From an uncultured delta proteobacterium (GTDB lineage: Bacteria > Myxococcota_A > Polyangia > Palsa-1104), in the NCBI GenBank assembly GCA_963785725.1, contig CAWAWS010000007.1, positions 576,001 to 640,000 of the forward strand: 64,000 nucleotides of DNA. Reading direction: 5' to 3'. Within the stretch, counting starts at the first letter, position 1, and every line of letters starts with the position of its first letter. Positions 31,904 to 41,001 of the stretch are shown here, in pieces. The notes beneath the pieces were generated by a model, which ran no database searches, had not been told where the DNA came from, and saw only the letters and a list, made by a program, of their open reading frames with translations. The translations under genes were made by a program, and so were the position numbers.

Positions 31904-32977
31904 TTACGCGCGCTCGCTCGTCGAGTCCGGCCGATACACGGCGCCCCAGCCGATGATGACGGCCAAGATGGCGACGCCGACGGCGATGACGGCCGGCGCC
32001 GTCGCGCGCGTGCCCGCCGCCCAAATGAACCAGCCCGACGCCAGCGCCACCGCCACGAACGACGCCGCCACCCACACGTCGCGCCGCCGATCGGCGCGCG
32101 CCGTCAGCGACGGGCCGCGTCGCGTCGGCTCGGGCACGACCACCGGCCCACCGAGGTCCGCCGGTCGCCACTCGGGCGGCGCCACGAACGCGCGCAGCTT
32201 GTCGCGCCAGCGCCGCGTCTTTTGCGCCATCGCGCCCATCTCGGCCCAATAGTGGACGTTGGCCCACAGCGCGTTGAAGCTGCCGAGCGGCTTGACCAGC
32301 CCGTAAATCGGCTCGTCGCCTTCGGGCTCGAACGTGCCGAACAGCCGATCCCACACGATCAAGATGCCGGCGTAGTTGCGATCGACGTAGCGCGGGTTGA
32401 CGCCGTGATGCACGCGATGATGGGACGGCGTGTTCATCACCCACTCGACCGGCCCGAGCCGCGTGACCAGCCGCGTGTGAATGAAGAACTGATAGAGCGT
32501 GTTGAGCGTCGTCATCGTCAAGAACATCGCCGGCGGAAAACCGGCGATCGCCAGCGGCACGTAGAAGATCCACGAGGTCAGCTGGCCGAACCAGCTCTGC
32601 CTGAGCGCCACCGAGAAGTTGTACTCCTCCGACTGGTGATGCACGACGTGCCCGGCCCACAAGAAGTTCACGCGATGCGCTGCGCGGTGAAAGCAGTAGT
32701 AGGCGAGATCGACGAGGACGAAGAGGGCCGCCCACGCGGCCAGCGAGCGCATCGGCAACGTCGCGACGCGGAAGTGGCGCCAGATGGCGGCGTAGATGCC
32801 GACGGTGATGGGCACGGCGAAGGCGCCGATGACCTGCTCGCCCATGCCGTTGCCGAGGTTGCTGATGGCGTCGGCGAAGCGGTAGAGCTGCCGGCCGCGG
32901 CGATGCGCGATCCACCATTCGACGCCGATGCAGGCGAAGAAGATGGGGATGGCGGCGACGATGAAGATCGAGTCCAT
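31904..32977 (-). CDS. Sterol desaturase/fatty-acid hydroxylase family, alkylglycerol monooxygenase-like
   Basis: His boxes HRAAH, HVVHH, FFIH and HHRVHH; SEEYNFSVALRQ; WDRLFGTF. Confidence 0.9.
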   Translation of the reverse strand: MDSIFIVAAIPIFFACIGVEWWIAHRRGRQLYRFADAISNLGNGMGEQVIGAFAVPITVGIYAAIWRHFRVATLPMRSLAAWAALFVLVDLAYYCFHRAAHRVNFLWAGHVVHHQSEEYNFSVALRQSWFGQLTSWIFYVPLAIAGFPPAMFLTMTTLNTLYQFFIHTRLVTRLGPVEWVMNTPSHHRVHHGVNPRYVDRNYAGILIVWDRLFGTFEPEGDEPIYGLVKPLGSFNALWANVHYWAEMGAMAQKTRRWRDKLRAFVAPPEWRPADLGGPVVVPEPTRRGPSLTARADRRRDVWVAASFVAVALASGWFIWAAGTRATAPAVIAVGVAILAVIIGWGAVYRPDSTSERA

Positions 32978-33164
32978 GCGAAGTGCGGCGCTGCTCCTAC
33001 GTTGGGTCGGTTCGGCGCTCAGCGCGGGTCGTCGGCGATAGTCGACGTACGCCGGCTCTCGATTATTGCGCGAATCGCTCGATTTTCAAGCAATACAGGC
33101 GCGTCCCACGTCCGGCTTAAGTAGCGACGCGGGGATGCGCGCGCTAGACTGCCCGTATAAAAAC

Positions 33165-35762
33165 GTGGCCGAAAAGCGTGTGACGAAAAATGTGGCTGAA
33201 AAGCGCCCGCAAAAGACGACGCAAAGGCTGCCGGCGGTCGGTGGCCGCCGTCGCTGGCTGCGCTGGGCTGCCTTCTTGACGTTGTCGGGCGTCGCCTTGG
33301 CGGCGGTCGGCGGCATCGGGCTGTTCGTCGTTTTGGCGGCCGATCCCGATCTGCCGCGCATCGACGCCGTCGCCGACTATCGCCCCAAAGTCGTCAGCAA
33401 AGTCATGTCCAGCGACGGCGAGCTCATCGGCGAAATCTACGAAGAGCGGCGCACGGTCGTCAGCCGCGATCGCATCCCGGCCGTCATGATCCACGCCATC
33501 GTCGACGCCGAGGACGCGCAGTTCTACGAGCACGGCGGCGTCAGCTATTGGGGCATCTTCCGCGCGCTCGTCGACGATTTGCGGCCGGGCGCGCGCATGC
33601 GCGGCGCGTCGACGCTGACGCAGCAGCTGGTGCGCAACTTGATCCTCAAGAACTCGACGCGCGGCGGCTTCGCCGGCGTCAAGCGCAAGGTGCAGGAGAT
33701 GATCCTGGCCAAGCGCCTCGAGTCGAAGCTCTCGAAAGACGAAATCCTTTATTTATATTTGAATCAAATCGATTTTCCTTATCTGCGATATGGCGTGGAA
33801 GAGGCGGCGCAGTTCTATTTCGGCAAGTCGATCCACGACGTCGACGCCGGGGAAGCGGCGCTGCTGGCGTCGCTGCCGAAAGGACCGAGCGAGATCGATC
33901 CGTGGAAGCATCCCGATCGCGCCAAAGATCGCCAGCGCTATGTCTTGTCGCAAATGGTTCGCTACGGCCATTTGTCGGATGCCGAAGGGCGTAAGTTTGC
34001 CAGCTTGCCGATTCGGCTGGTGAAGCCGTCGACGACGGCGGTGGGCACGGCGCCCGAGTTCGTCGACGAAGTGCGCCGCGTGTTGACCGAGCGTTACGGC
34101 GCCAAGCGGCTGGCGACGCTCGGGCTCACGGTGGTGACGACGTGCGACGCCAAGATCCAGAAGCTGGCGCGCGACGCGGTCGAGAAGGGGCTCGTCGATT
34201 TGGACGCGCGGCAGGGCTATCGCAAGCCGCTGGCGCGGCTGAAGGGCACGCAGATCGCGGCGCACGAGAAGAAGCTGGCGCAGCAGTTTCCGTCGGGGCC
34301 GGGGCGCGACAAGATCGTCGAAGGCGTCGTCGAGAAGGTCGTCATCGGCGGCGCGGCCAAGGCCGGCGACGATGAAGAGGACAGCAGCGACGGCGAGAGT
34401 GGCGATCGGCGCACCAAAGGGCGCGGCGGGCCGCAGCCGCATCGGCCGGGACAGGCGGCGCCGGCGCCGACCACCGCGCCGACGGCGAAGGCGCTGACGA
34501 TGCCCAAGCCCGACGATCATTCGCACGATGGCGACGGCGCGCTCGTGTCGTTGGGCGCCAAGACGGGCTGGCTGCCGCTGCCGTCGACGGTCGATCGCTA
34601 TAATCCGAAGGGGCTCGTCGCCGACAAGCGCTTTGCCGTCGGTGATGTCATTCGCGTGCGCGTGCTCGACTTTCCCAAGGACAAGCCGGCGCTGTTGGCG
34701 CTCGAGCTCGGGCCGCAGGCGGCGGTGGTCGTGCTCGATCCGAACACGCGCGAGGTCAAGGCGCTCGTCGGTGGCTACGGCTATCATCCGGGCGGGTTCG
34801 ATCGCGCGATCTACGCCAAGCGGCAGCCGGGCTCGTCGTTCAAGCCGTTCGTGTATACGGCGGCGTTCGCCACCGAGAAGTGGACGCCGGCCTCGGTGCT
34901 CGTCGACGGGCCGCAGACCTACGTGTCGCCGGGATTGGCGCCGTGGAAGCCGCAGAACGCCGAGAAAGAGCAGTTCATGGGCCCGGTGCGTCTGCGCGTG
35001 GCGTTGGCGCGCTCGCTGAACACGGTGGCGTCACAGCTCGTCGACACGACGCGCGGCGGCGTCGATCCGGCGGCCGTCGCCAGCCTGGCGCATGACCTCG
35101 GCGTCGAGTCGAGCTTGGAGGCCAATCCGTCGCTGGCCTTGGGCACGTCGGTGGTGTCGCCGTACGAGCTGGCGAACGCGTATGCGACCTTCGCGGCCAA
35201 CGGCAAGCGCATGGCGCCGCAGCTCATCAAGCAGATCGGGTCCGAAGTCGAGCCGTCGCCGACGGCGCAAGTGACGCAGGCGCTCAAGCCGGAGCTGGCG
35301 TATCTGATCACCAACGTCATGCAGTCGGTCATCGACGAGGGCACGGCGCAGTCGGCCAAGGGCAAGCTCGGGCGGCCGGCGGCGGGCAAGACGGGCACGA
35401 CCAACCTCGACAAGAAGCGGCCCGACGCGTGGTTCATGGGCTTTACGCCCAATCTCGTGACCGGCGTGTGGGTGGGCTTCGACGACATGCGCGACCTCGG
35501 CCACGGCGAACAGGGCGCGCGCGCGGCGCTGCCGATGTGGGTCGAGATCATGCAAGGCGCGCTCAAAGGCACGCCGCCGCAGCCGTTCGCGCAGCCGCCG
35601 GGCATCGTCGTGCAGAAGATCGATCCGGTGTCGGGCCTGTTGGCGGCGCCGGGCTCGACGAGCATCGACGAGGTGTTCCTCGAAGGCACGGCGCCGACGG
35701 AGGTCGCGCCCGTGCAAGGCGAGGCCAATCCCGACACGTTCATCACCGATCAAGCGCAATAA
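33165..35762 (+). CDS. mrcA: Class A penicillin-binding protein (PBP1A)
   Basis: EDAQFYEHGG, GASTLTQQ, RKVQE (GT51); SSFK, SLN, KTGT (transpeptidase); start GTG 33165 or 33192. Confidence 0.93.
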   Translation: MAEKRVTKNVAEKRPQKTTQRLPAVGGRRRWLRWAAFLTLSGVALAAVGGIGLFVVLAADPDLPRIDAVADYRPKVVSKVMSSDGELIGEIYEERRTVVSRDRIPAVMIHAIVDAEDAQFYEHGGVSYWGIFRALVDDLRPGARMRGASTLTQQLVRNLILKNSTRGGFAGVKRKVQEMILAKRLESKLSKDEILYLYLNQIDFPYLRYGVEEAAQFYFGKSIHDVDAGEAALLASLPKGPSEIDPWKHPDRAKDRQRYVLSQMVRYGHLSDAEGRKFASLPIRLVKPSTTAVGTAPEFVDEVRRVLTERYGAKRLATLGLTVVTTCDAKIQKLARDAVEKGLVDLDARQGYRKPLARLKGTQIAAHEKKLAQQFPSGPGRDKIVEGVVEKVVIGGAAKAGDDEEDSSDGESGDRRTKGRGGPQPHRPGQAAPAPTTAPTAKALTMPKPDDHSHDGDGALVSLGAKTGWLPLPSTVDRYNPKGLVADKRFAVGDVIRVRVLDFPKDKPALLALELGPQAAVVVLDPNTREVKALVGGYGYHPGGFDRAIYAKRQPGSSFKPFVYTAAFATEKWTPASVLVDGPQTYVSPGLAPWKPQNAEKEQFMGPVRLRVALARSLNTVASQLVDTTRGGVDPAAVASLAHDLGVESSLEANPSLALGTSVVSPYELANAYATFAANGKRMAPQLIKQIGSEVEPSPTAQVTQALKPELAYLITNVMQSVIDEGTAQSAKGKLGRPAAGKTGTTNLDKKRPDAWFMGFTPNLVTGVWVGFDDMRDLGHGEQGARAALPMWVEIMQGALKGTPPQPFAQPPGIVVQKIDPVSGLLAAPGSTSIDEVFLEGTAPTEVAPVQGEANPDTFITDQAQ

Positions 35763-35814
35763 CCGCGGCAAAGCGGCGCGCGGAACTTTCGGCACGCGCC
35801 GCTGTCCATCGGGC

Positions 35815-37374
35815 ATGGGCGTGCTTCTCGGTCCGTGGCCGTTCCTGGTCGGTGGCGCGACGGCGGTGGAAGTGACGCTGCGGCTCGACGGCGACGTGGT
35901 CGAGCAGCGCTATCTGTGGCGCGGCGGCGACGACCGGGCGTTTCGCGACGGCGACGGCCTCGTGCGCGTGCGCAGCTGCGAGGACGGCTTCGAGCTGCTC
36001 GTCCACGGTGTCTGCGACGGCGTCGTGCGTGTCGGCGAGCGGCAGGTGTCGCTGCGCGAGCTGACGTTGTGCGGCGTCGCCGCGGTGCCGCTTGGGCCGA
36101 GCACGACGGCGCGGCTGCGCTTGGGCGCGACCGAGCTGCACGTCGCGGCGACGACGGCGCCGCGCAAGCTGGCGTTGGCGCCGCGGCGCTCGGCGCGCGA
36201 GCTGGCGACGCTGGCGGTCGGCGCGGCGGCGGCGCTCGTGTGCGCGTTCGGAGTCGTGGTCACGATGAACGCGCCGCCGCGCAAGCTCGACTGGCAGCTG
36301 CGCTACGACGACTGGCTGGCGCGGCTGACCCACGGTCACGCCGAAGGTGCGCTCGTGAAGTTTTACGCGGTCACGGCGCCGCCGACGCGCGCCAAGGACG
36401 CGCCGGCCGCGCGCCCGAACGACGTGGCGCCGGCAAAACCGGCGACGCCCGCGGCGAAAGCGGCCGCGAACTCAGCCGCTGCCCACGATGCCGAAGGCGC
36501 GGCCACGCGCAGACGCGACGCGGATTTCGCGCCCGAAACGGCCGCCAAGTCCGCGCTGACGCTGGCGCGAGCGGATGCGCCGTCTGCATCGGCTGCAGCC
36601 CGTGCCAGCGCCGGTGCCGCGCGATCGAACGCCGCCGGCGTCGTCGGTGCGCTCGCGCGTTGGCGCGCGGAATTCTTGGGCGACGAGCGCGTCTCCGACG
36701 CCGTCGAGCTGGCGTTGAGCGATCGCCGCGCCTTCGACGCCGACGCGACCGGCGCAAACAGCGGCGGCGCGAGCGGCGGCAGCGCGAGCGGCGACAGCGC
36801 GAACAGCGGCAGCGCGAGCGGAACCGCCAGCGCCACCAACAGCAGCGACGACGCCGGCGGCCTCGGCCTCAGCGGCGTCGGCGCAGGCGGCGGCGGCGAC
36901 GACACGATCGCCATCGGCAACTTGGGCACCATCGGCCATGGCAGCGGCAGCGGCAGCGGCTTCGGCTACGGTCGCGCCGCCGGCCGCCTGCATCGCAGCA
37001 GCGACGACAGCGAATTCGGCGAAGGCGCCGGCTTCCAAGGCGGCTTCACGATCGCTTGTCCCGCCGCCGATGCCGTCGTCGTGCCCTCGAGCTGCGACGC
37101 CGAGCTCATCCGCCGCGTCGTGCGCGCCCACGTCAACGAAGTGCGCTTCTGTTACGAACGGGCGCTGCAGTCGCGCCCCGAGCTCACCGGTCGCGTCGTC
37201 ACGCAGTTTCACATCGCGGCCGACGGCAGCGCCGCCGACGCCGCCGTCGCCAGCTCGACGCTGGCCGACGCGCGTGTCGGCGCTTGCGTCGCCGGCGCCG
37301 TTCGTCGCTGGGAATTCCCGCGCTGCGCCGCGCAGGTCAGCTATCCGTTCGTCTTCGTCCCCAGCGGCGACTGA
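35815..37374 (+). CDS. AgmX/PglI (TonB-C-like) C-terminal domain protein
   Basis: TM helix, Ala/Gly/Ser linker, GLGLSGVGAGGGG...GNLGTIGHG, C-terminal IRRVVRAH..EVRFCYE...C...WEFP...VSYPFVF. Confidence 0.85.
   Translation: MGVLLGPWPFLVGGATAVEVTLRLDGDVVEQRYLWRGGDDRAFRDGDGLVRVRSCEDGFELLVHGVCDGVVRVGERQVSLRELTLCGVAAVPLGPSTTARLRLGATELHVAATTAPRKLALAPRRSARELATLAVGAAAALVCAFGVVVTMNAPPRKLDWQLRYDDWLARLTHGHAEGALVKFYAVTAPPTRAKDAPAARPNDVAPAKPATPAAKAAANSAAAHDAEGAATRRRDADFAPETAAKSALTLARADAPSASAAARASAGAARSNAAGVVGALARWRAEFLGDERVSDAVELALSDRRAFDADATGANSGGASGGSASGDSANSGSASGTASATNSSDDAGGLGLSGVGAGGGGDDTIAIGNLGTIGHGSGSGSGFGYGRAAGRLHRSSDDSEFGEGAGFQGGFTIACPAADAVVVPSSCDAELIRRVVRAHVNEVRFCYERALQSRPELTGRVVTQFHIAADGSAADAAVASSTLADARVGACVAGAVRRWEFPRCAAQVSYPFVFVPSGD
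36769..36828 (+). repeat. 15-bp in-frame tandem repeat, about 4 copies
   Basis: GCGAGCGGCGGCAGC / GCGAGCGGCGACAGC / GCGAACAGCGGCAGC / GCGAGCGGAACCGCC. Confidence 0.7.
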
Positions 37375-37423
37375 CGAAACGGCGGCACCTGTCGAAGTGT
37401 AAGCGGAGCGAAGTCGTGCGGAA

Positions 37424-37849
37424 TTATTCGGAGGCGAGGCGCTCTTTGACGAAGTGGCTCTTGCGCTCGCCGCGCAGCCGCTCTTGCCATTCCTGCGCGT
37501 CTTGCAAGTGGCGACCTTCCGGCCACACCGTCGCATAGCGCTGCAACAGCGCGCAGCCGGCGGCGACCTCTTTGCCGCGCGCCGCGCCCAGCAGCGACGA
37601 GAAGTAGCCGTCGTCGAGCGCCTCTACTTCCACGACCTGCGTCACGACATCGAGCACTTTGGTCTGCTCGAAGTCGGCGCAGGCTTCCTCGTAACGCTCG
37701 AGCCACGCCAACGCCGTGGCGCGCTCGAACCAATGCTCGGAATTCTTCGGCTCGCGCGCGATCGCGTCCGTCGCCGCCGTGACCGCTGCTTCGTAATCTT
37801 CGCCGTCGATCAACGCGGCTGCCTGCGAACGCCCGTACTGAAGAGACAT
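37424..37849 (-). CDS. Small TPR-like protein
   Basis: HWFERATALAWLERYEEACADFEQ TPR-like motif; directly follows yajQ. Confidence 0.75.
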   Translation of the reverse strand: MSLQYGRSQAAALIDGEDYEAAVTAATDAIAREPKNSEHWFERATALAWLERYEEACADFEQTKVLDVVTQVVEVEALDDGYFSSLLGAARGKEVAAGCALLQRYATVWPEGRHLQDAQEWQERLRGERKSHFVKERLASE

Positions 37850-37851
37850 CG

Positions 37852-38337
37852 TTACTCCCGGAAGTTGATGAACTGTAAATCGAGACCGACATCGGCGCCG
37901 CGCAACAAGCGAATCGCCGCCTGCAAATCGTCTTTGTTCTTGCCGGTCACGCGCACTTGCTCGTCCTGAATCTGCGCCTGCACCTTGAGCTTGGCGTCTT
38001 TGATGAGCTTGACCAGCTCTTTTCCTTTTTCCGTCGAGATGCCGTCTTTGATCTCGATGAGCTGGCGCATCGACTGCTTGGCCGCCGGCTCGGGATCGTG
38101 CGGCTCGAGCGACTTCAGCGACACGCCGCGCTTGACGAACTTCTCCATCAACACTTTGTAAGCCGCCGACAAATGTTCCTTATCGGCCGACTTGAGCGTG
38201 ATGCCCTTTTCGTCGCGATCGATCTCGCTCTCGGTGCCGCGAAAGTCGTAACGCGTCGTCAGCTCCTTCTTCACTTGATTGACGGCGTTATCGACTTCTT
38301 GCGTATCGACTTTGCTGACTACGTCAAACGACGGCAT
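37852..38337 (-). CDS. yajQ: YajQ family nucleotide/c-di-GMP-binding protein
   Basis: MPSFDVVS...EVDNAVNQ...RYDF, KVQAQIQDEQVRVTGK..DDLQ, LQFINFR. Confidence 0.97.
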   Translation of the reverse strand: MPSFDVVSKVDTQEVDNAVNQVKKELTTRYDFRGTESEIDRDEKGITLKSADKEHLSAAYKVLMEKFVKRGVSLKSLEPHDPEPAAKQSMRQLIEIKDGISTEKGKELVKLIKDAKLKVQAQIQDEQVRVTGKNKDDLQAAIRLLRGADVGLDLQFINFRE

Positions 38338-38338
38338 C

Positions 38339-39316
38339 TTATTTCTCCGACGGCGCCGCCGCGCGCAGCGTCTCGGCGATTTCGGCGGCGAACGTGCGCG
38401 CCTTGGGCAGCTCGCTCACCGGCAGCGACACCGCGCCGACGACCGGATGACCGCCGCCGCCATATTTCTCGCACAGCTGCGCGATATTGACGGTGCGGCG
38501 CTGGCTCGCCCACGGATTCGAGCCCACCGACACTTTGGCGCGCGACGTCGTCAGCGACACGCCGACAACATAGTGACAATCGGGAAAGAGGAAATAGGGG
38601 ATGAACTTGTTGTAGGCGTCGAGCCCGTCGTCGGCGACATCGAACGTGACCACGCCATGCTCGTATTTCGCGCGCGCGCGCACGACGTCGATGCCGCGCT
38701 TGTGCTGCGCCAACACCGGCTTGAGCGCGTCGACGACATAGGGCGAGGCCGCGATCTCGGGAATCGGCTTCGACACCAGCTCGTCGATGAAGCGCAGCTT
38801 CAGCGCCGGATCCTGGTTGTTCTCGACCCACGTCATGAGCTGCAGCGCCGGCTCCGCCAGCTCCACGGCCGCTTTCGGGCTCTCGAACTGCGCGCCGTCG
38901 ATGATGTCGGCCCAATGCACGAGATCGGTATGCGCCGAATAATCCCAGCCGAACGTCTTCCGGCACGTCTCGGCCAGGTATTTCGTGCAGCTGCGCGCCT
39001 TCGGATCGAAGAATTTGTGCGCGCTCGGATGCGTGCGGAAGTGCTCTTCGTCGGCGGGCGTCGGAAACGCCGAGACGTGATGGTCGAACCACCATTCGAG
39101 GCGCGGATCCGACGAATAACGGAAGTCGACGACGGTGTTGACGTCGCCGTCGAAGCTGCCCTCGGCGTAGACGTTGCCGGTGCCGTGCGTCTTGCCGCTG
39201 AAGCTGAAGATGGCGCTGGCGTCGATGCGGTCGACGTAAAAGCGCGAGAAGAGCGCGGCCGATGCGGCACCATCGAAACAATTGTCGTGGAACAGCACCT
39301 TCACGCGCGGCGGCAT
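38339..39316 (-). CDS. DHH/DHHA1 family phosphoesterase
   Basis: HDNCFDG, VVDF, FDHH and C-terminal GGGGHPVVG motifs. Confidence 0.88.
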   Translation of the reverse strand: MPPRVKVLFHDNCFDGAASAALFSRFYVDRIDASAIFSFSGKTHGTGNVYAEGSFDGDVNTVVDFRYSSDPRLEWWFDHHVSAFPTPADEEHFRTHPSAHKFFDPKARSCTKYLAETCRKTFGWDYSAHTDLVHWADIIDGAQFESPKAAVELAEPALQLMTWVENNQDPALKLRFIDELVSKPIPEIAASPYVVDALKPVLAQHKRGIDVVRARAKYEHGVVTFDVADDGLDAYNKFIPYFLFPDCHYVVGVSLTTSRAKVSVGSNPWASQRRTVNIAQLCEKYGGGGHPVVGAVSLPVSELPKARTFAAEIAETLRAAAPSEK

Positions 39317-39371
39317 GCTCCGTGCTTCTCACATTCGCGACCACTCGCGCAAGGTGCTAACGTCCGCCTCC

Positions 39372-39812
39372 ATGCGTAGCTGGTACCTCGGCTTTCACCT
39401 CATCGGCGTCGTGTTGTGGATGGGCGGCCTTTTGACGTTCTCGCGCATCCTGGGCTACCACTCGAAAGAGGCGCCGGCGGTGCGGCCGCGCTTCAGCTTC
39501 CTCGAGGGGCGCTTGAACGGCCTGGTGGCGCTGCCGGGCGCGGTCTTGACCATCCTGTTCGGCGTCTTGATGACCGTCGATTACGGGCGCGCCTGGTTTC
39601 GCGTCGCCATGTGGCTGCACATCAAGCTGACGTTCGTCCTCGTCGTGCTTGCGATTCACGTGTTCTTGACGGTGAAGCAGCGGCAAGTGGCCAAGCAGAA
39701 CCCCGACATCCCGCTCAATCGCGCGCTCTACGCGTCGCTGCACGGGATTATCGGGCTGCTCGTCATCGTGATTATTCTGCTGGCGACGCATCAGCCGATG
39801 TCGCAGCAGTAA
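39372..39812 (+). CDS. hemJ: HemJ/CopD-like (UPF0093) membrane protein, putative protoporphyrinogen oxidase
   Basis: FHLIGVVLWMGGL, WLHIKLTFV..L..H; four TM segments. Confidence 0.7.
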   Translation: MRSWYLGFHLIGVVLWMGGLLTFSRILGYHSKEAPAVRPRFSFLEGRLNGLVALPGAVLTILFGVLMTVDYGRAWFRVAMWLHIKLTFVLVVLAIHVFLTVKQRQVAKQNPDIPLNRALYASLHGIIGLLVIVIILLATHQPMSQQ

Positions 39813-39840
39813 GTCGCTTTCTACGCCTATACTTGGGCCC

Positions 39841-41001
39841 GTGATTTTGCACGTCGACCTGGACGCGTTCTTCGCGTCCGTCGAGCAGCGCGATCGGCCG
39901 GAGCTGCGCGGCCGGCCGGTGCTCGTCGGCGGCGCCGGCGCGCGCTCGGTCGTCACGGCGGCGTCGTACGAAGCGCGGCCTTACGGCTGTCGCAGCGCGA
40001 TGCCGATGGTGACGGCGCGCCGCTTGTGTCCGCAGGCGATCGTCGTGCCGCCGCGCATGAGCGTCTACGCGGCCGAGTCGGAGAAGTTTCACGCCGTGCT
40101 CGATCGCTATACGCCGCTGGTGGAGCCGATCTCGATCGACGAGGCGTTCCTCGACGTCACCGGCTGCGAGCGGCTGCTCGGCGACGCCGCCACGATCGCG
40201 CACGCCATTCGCCGCGACGTGCGCGACGAGCTGCAGCTGGCGGCGTCGGTGGGCGCGGCGGCCGTGAAGTTCGTCGCCAAGATCGCGTCCGATCTGGCCA
40301 AGCCCGACGGGTTCAAGCTCGTGCCCGCCGAAGAGACGGTCGCGTTTCTCGAGCCGCTGCCGGTAGAGCGGCTGTTCGGCGTGGGGCCGAAGACGGCGAC
40401 GCAGCTGCGCGCGCTCGGCCTGACGACGTTGGGACAGATCGCGCGCCATCCGCCGGCAGCGCTGGCGGCGCGGCTCGGCAAGACCCACGCCGAGGCGCTC
40501 TTGGCGTTGGCGCGCGGTCAAGATGCGCGCGCGGTCGTGACCGATCGCGCCGCCGTGTCGGTCGGCGCCGAAGAGACGTTCGCCAAAGACTTGACCGACG
40601 GTCCCGAGCTGCGCCGCCACGTGACCGCGCAGGCCGAGCGCGTGGCCGAGCGGCTGCGACGCGCGGGGCAGCTCGGCGGCGCCATCGTGCTCAAGCTGAA
40701 AGATCCGCAGTTTCACATCACGACGCGGCGGCGCACGCTGCCGGCGCCGACGGCCGATGGGCGCGTCATCGTGCGCGTGGCGCTCGAGCTGCTCGACGCC
40801 GCGCACGTCGTGGCGCCGGGCGTGCGCTTGTCGGGCGTGTCGGCGACGGCGCTGGCGGCGACCGATGGGCCGCGACAACTGGGGCTCGACGAGCCCGAAC
40901 GACAAAAAGGCGAGCGCCTCGGCGCGACGCTCGATCGCATCCGCGATCGCTTCGGATCGGACGCGGTGGCCCGCGCCGAGCTGCTCAAAGAGGACGAGTG
41001 A
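39841..41001 (+). CDS. dinB: DNA polymerase IV
   Basis: HVDLDAFFASVEQ, ASYEAR, SIDEAFLD and AKIASDLAKPDG Y-family motifs. Confidence 0.96.
   Translation: MILHVDLDAFFASVEQRDRPELRGRPVLVGGAGARSVVTAASYEARPYGCRSAMPMVTARRLCPQAIVVPPRMSVYAAESEKFHAVLDRYTPLVEPISIDEAFLDVTGCERLLGDAATIAHAIRRDVRDELQLAASVGAAAVKFVAKIASDLAKPDGFKLVPAEETVAFLEPLPVERLFGVGPKTATQLRALGLTTLGQIARHPPAALAARLGKTHAEALLALARGQDARAVVTDRAAVSVGAEETFAKDLTDGPELRRHVTAQAERVAERLRRAGQLGGAIVLKLKDPQFHITTRRRTLPAPTADGRVIVRVALELLDAAHVVAPGVRLSGVSATALAATDGPRQLGLDEPERQKGERLGATLDRIRDRFGSDAVARAELLKEDE

Noticed and set aside
33062..33084. Extra copy of the 23-bp palindrome (ATTATTGCG-CGAAT-...)
   Set aside because: Only the left arm resembles the consensus; the right arm does not match.
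39813..39840. SOS/LexA box before dinB (and radA)
   Set aside because: No recognisable LexA-type motif seen by eye.
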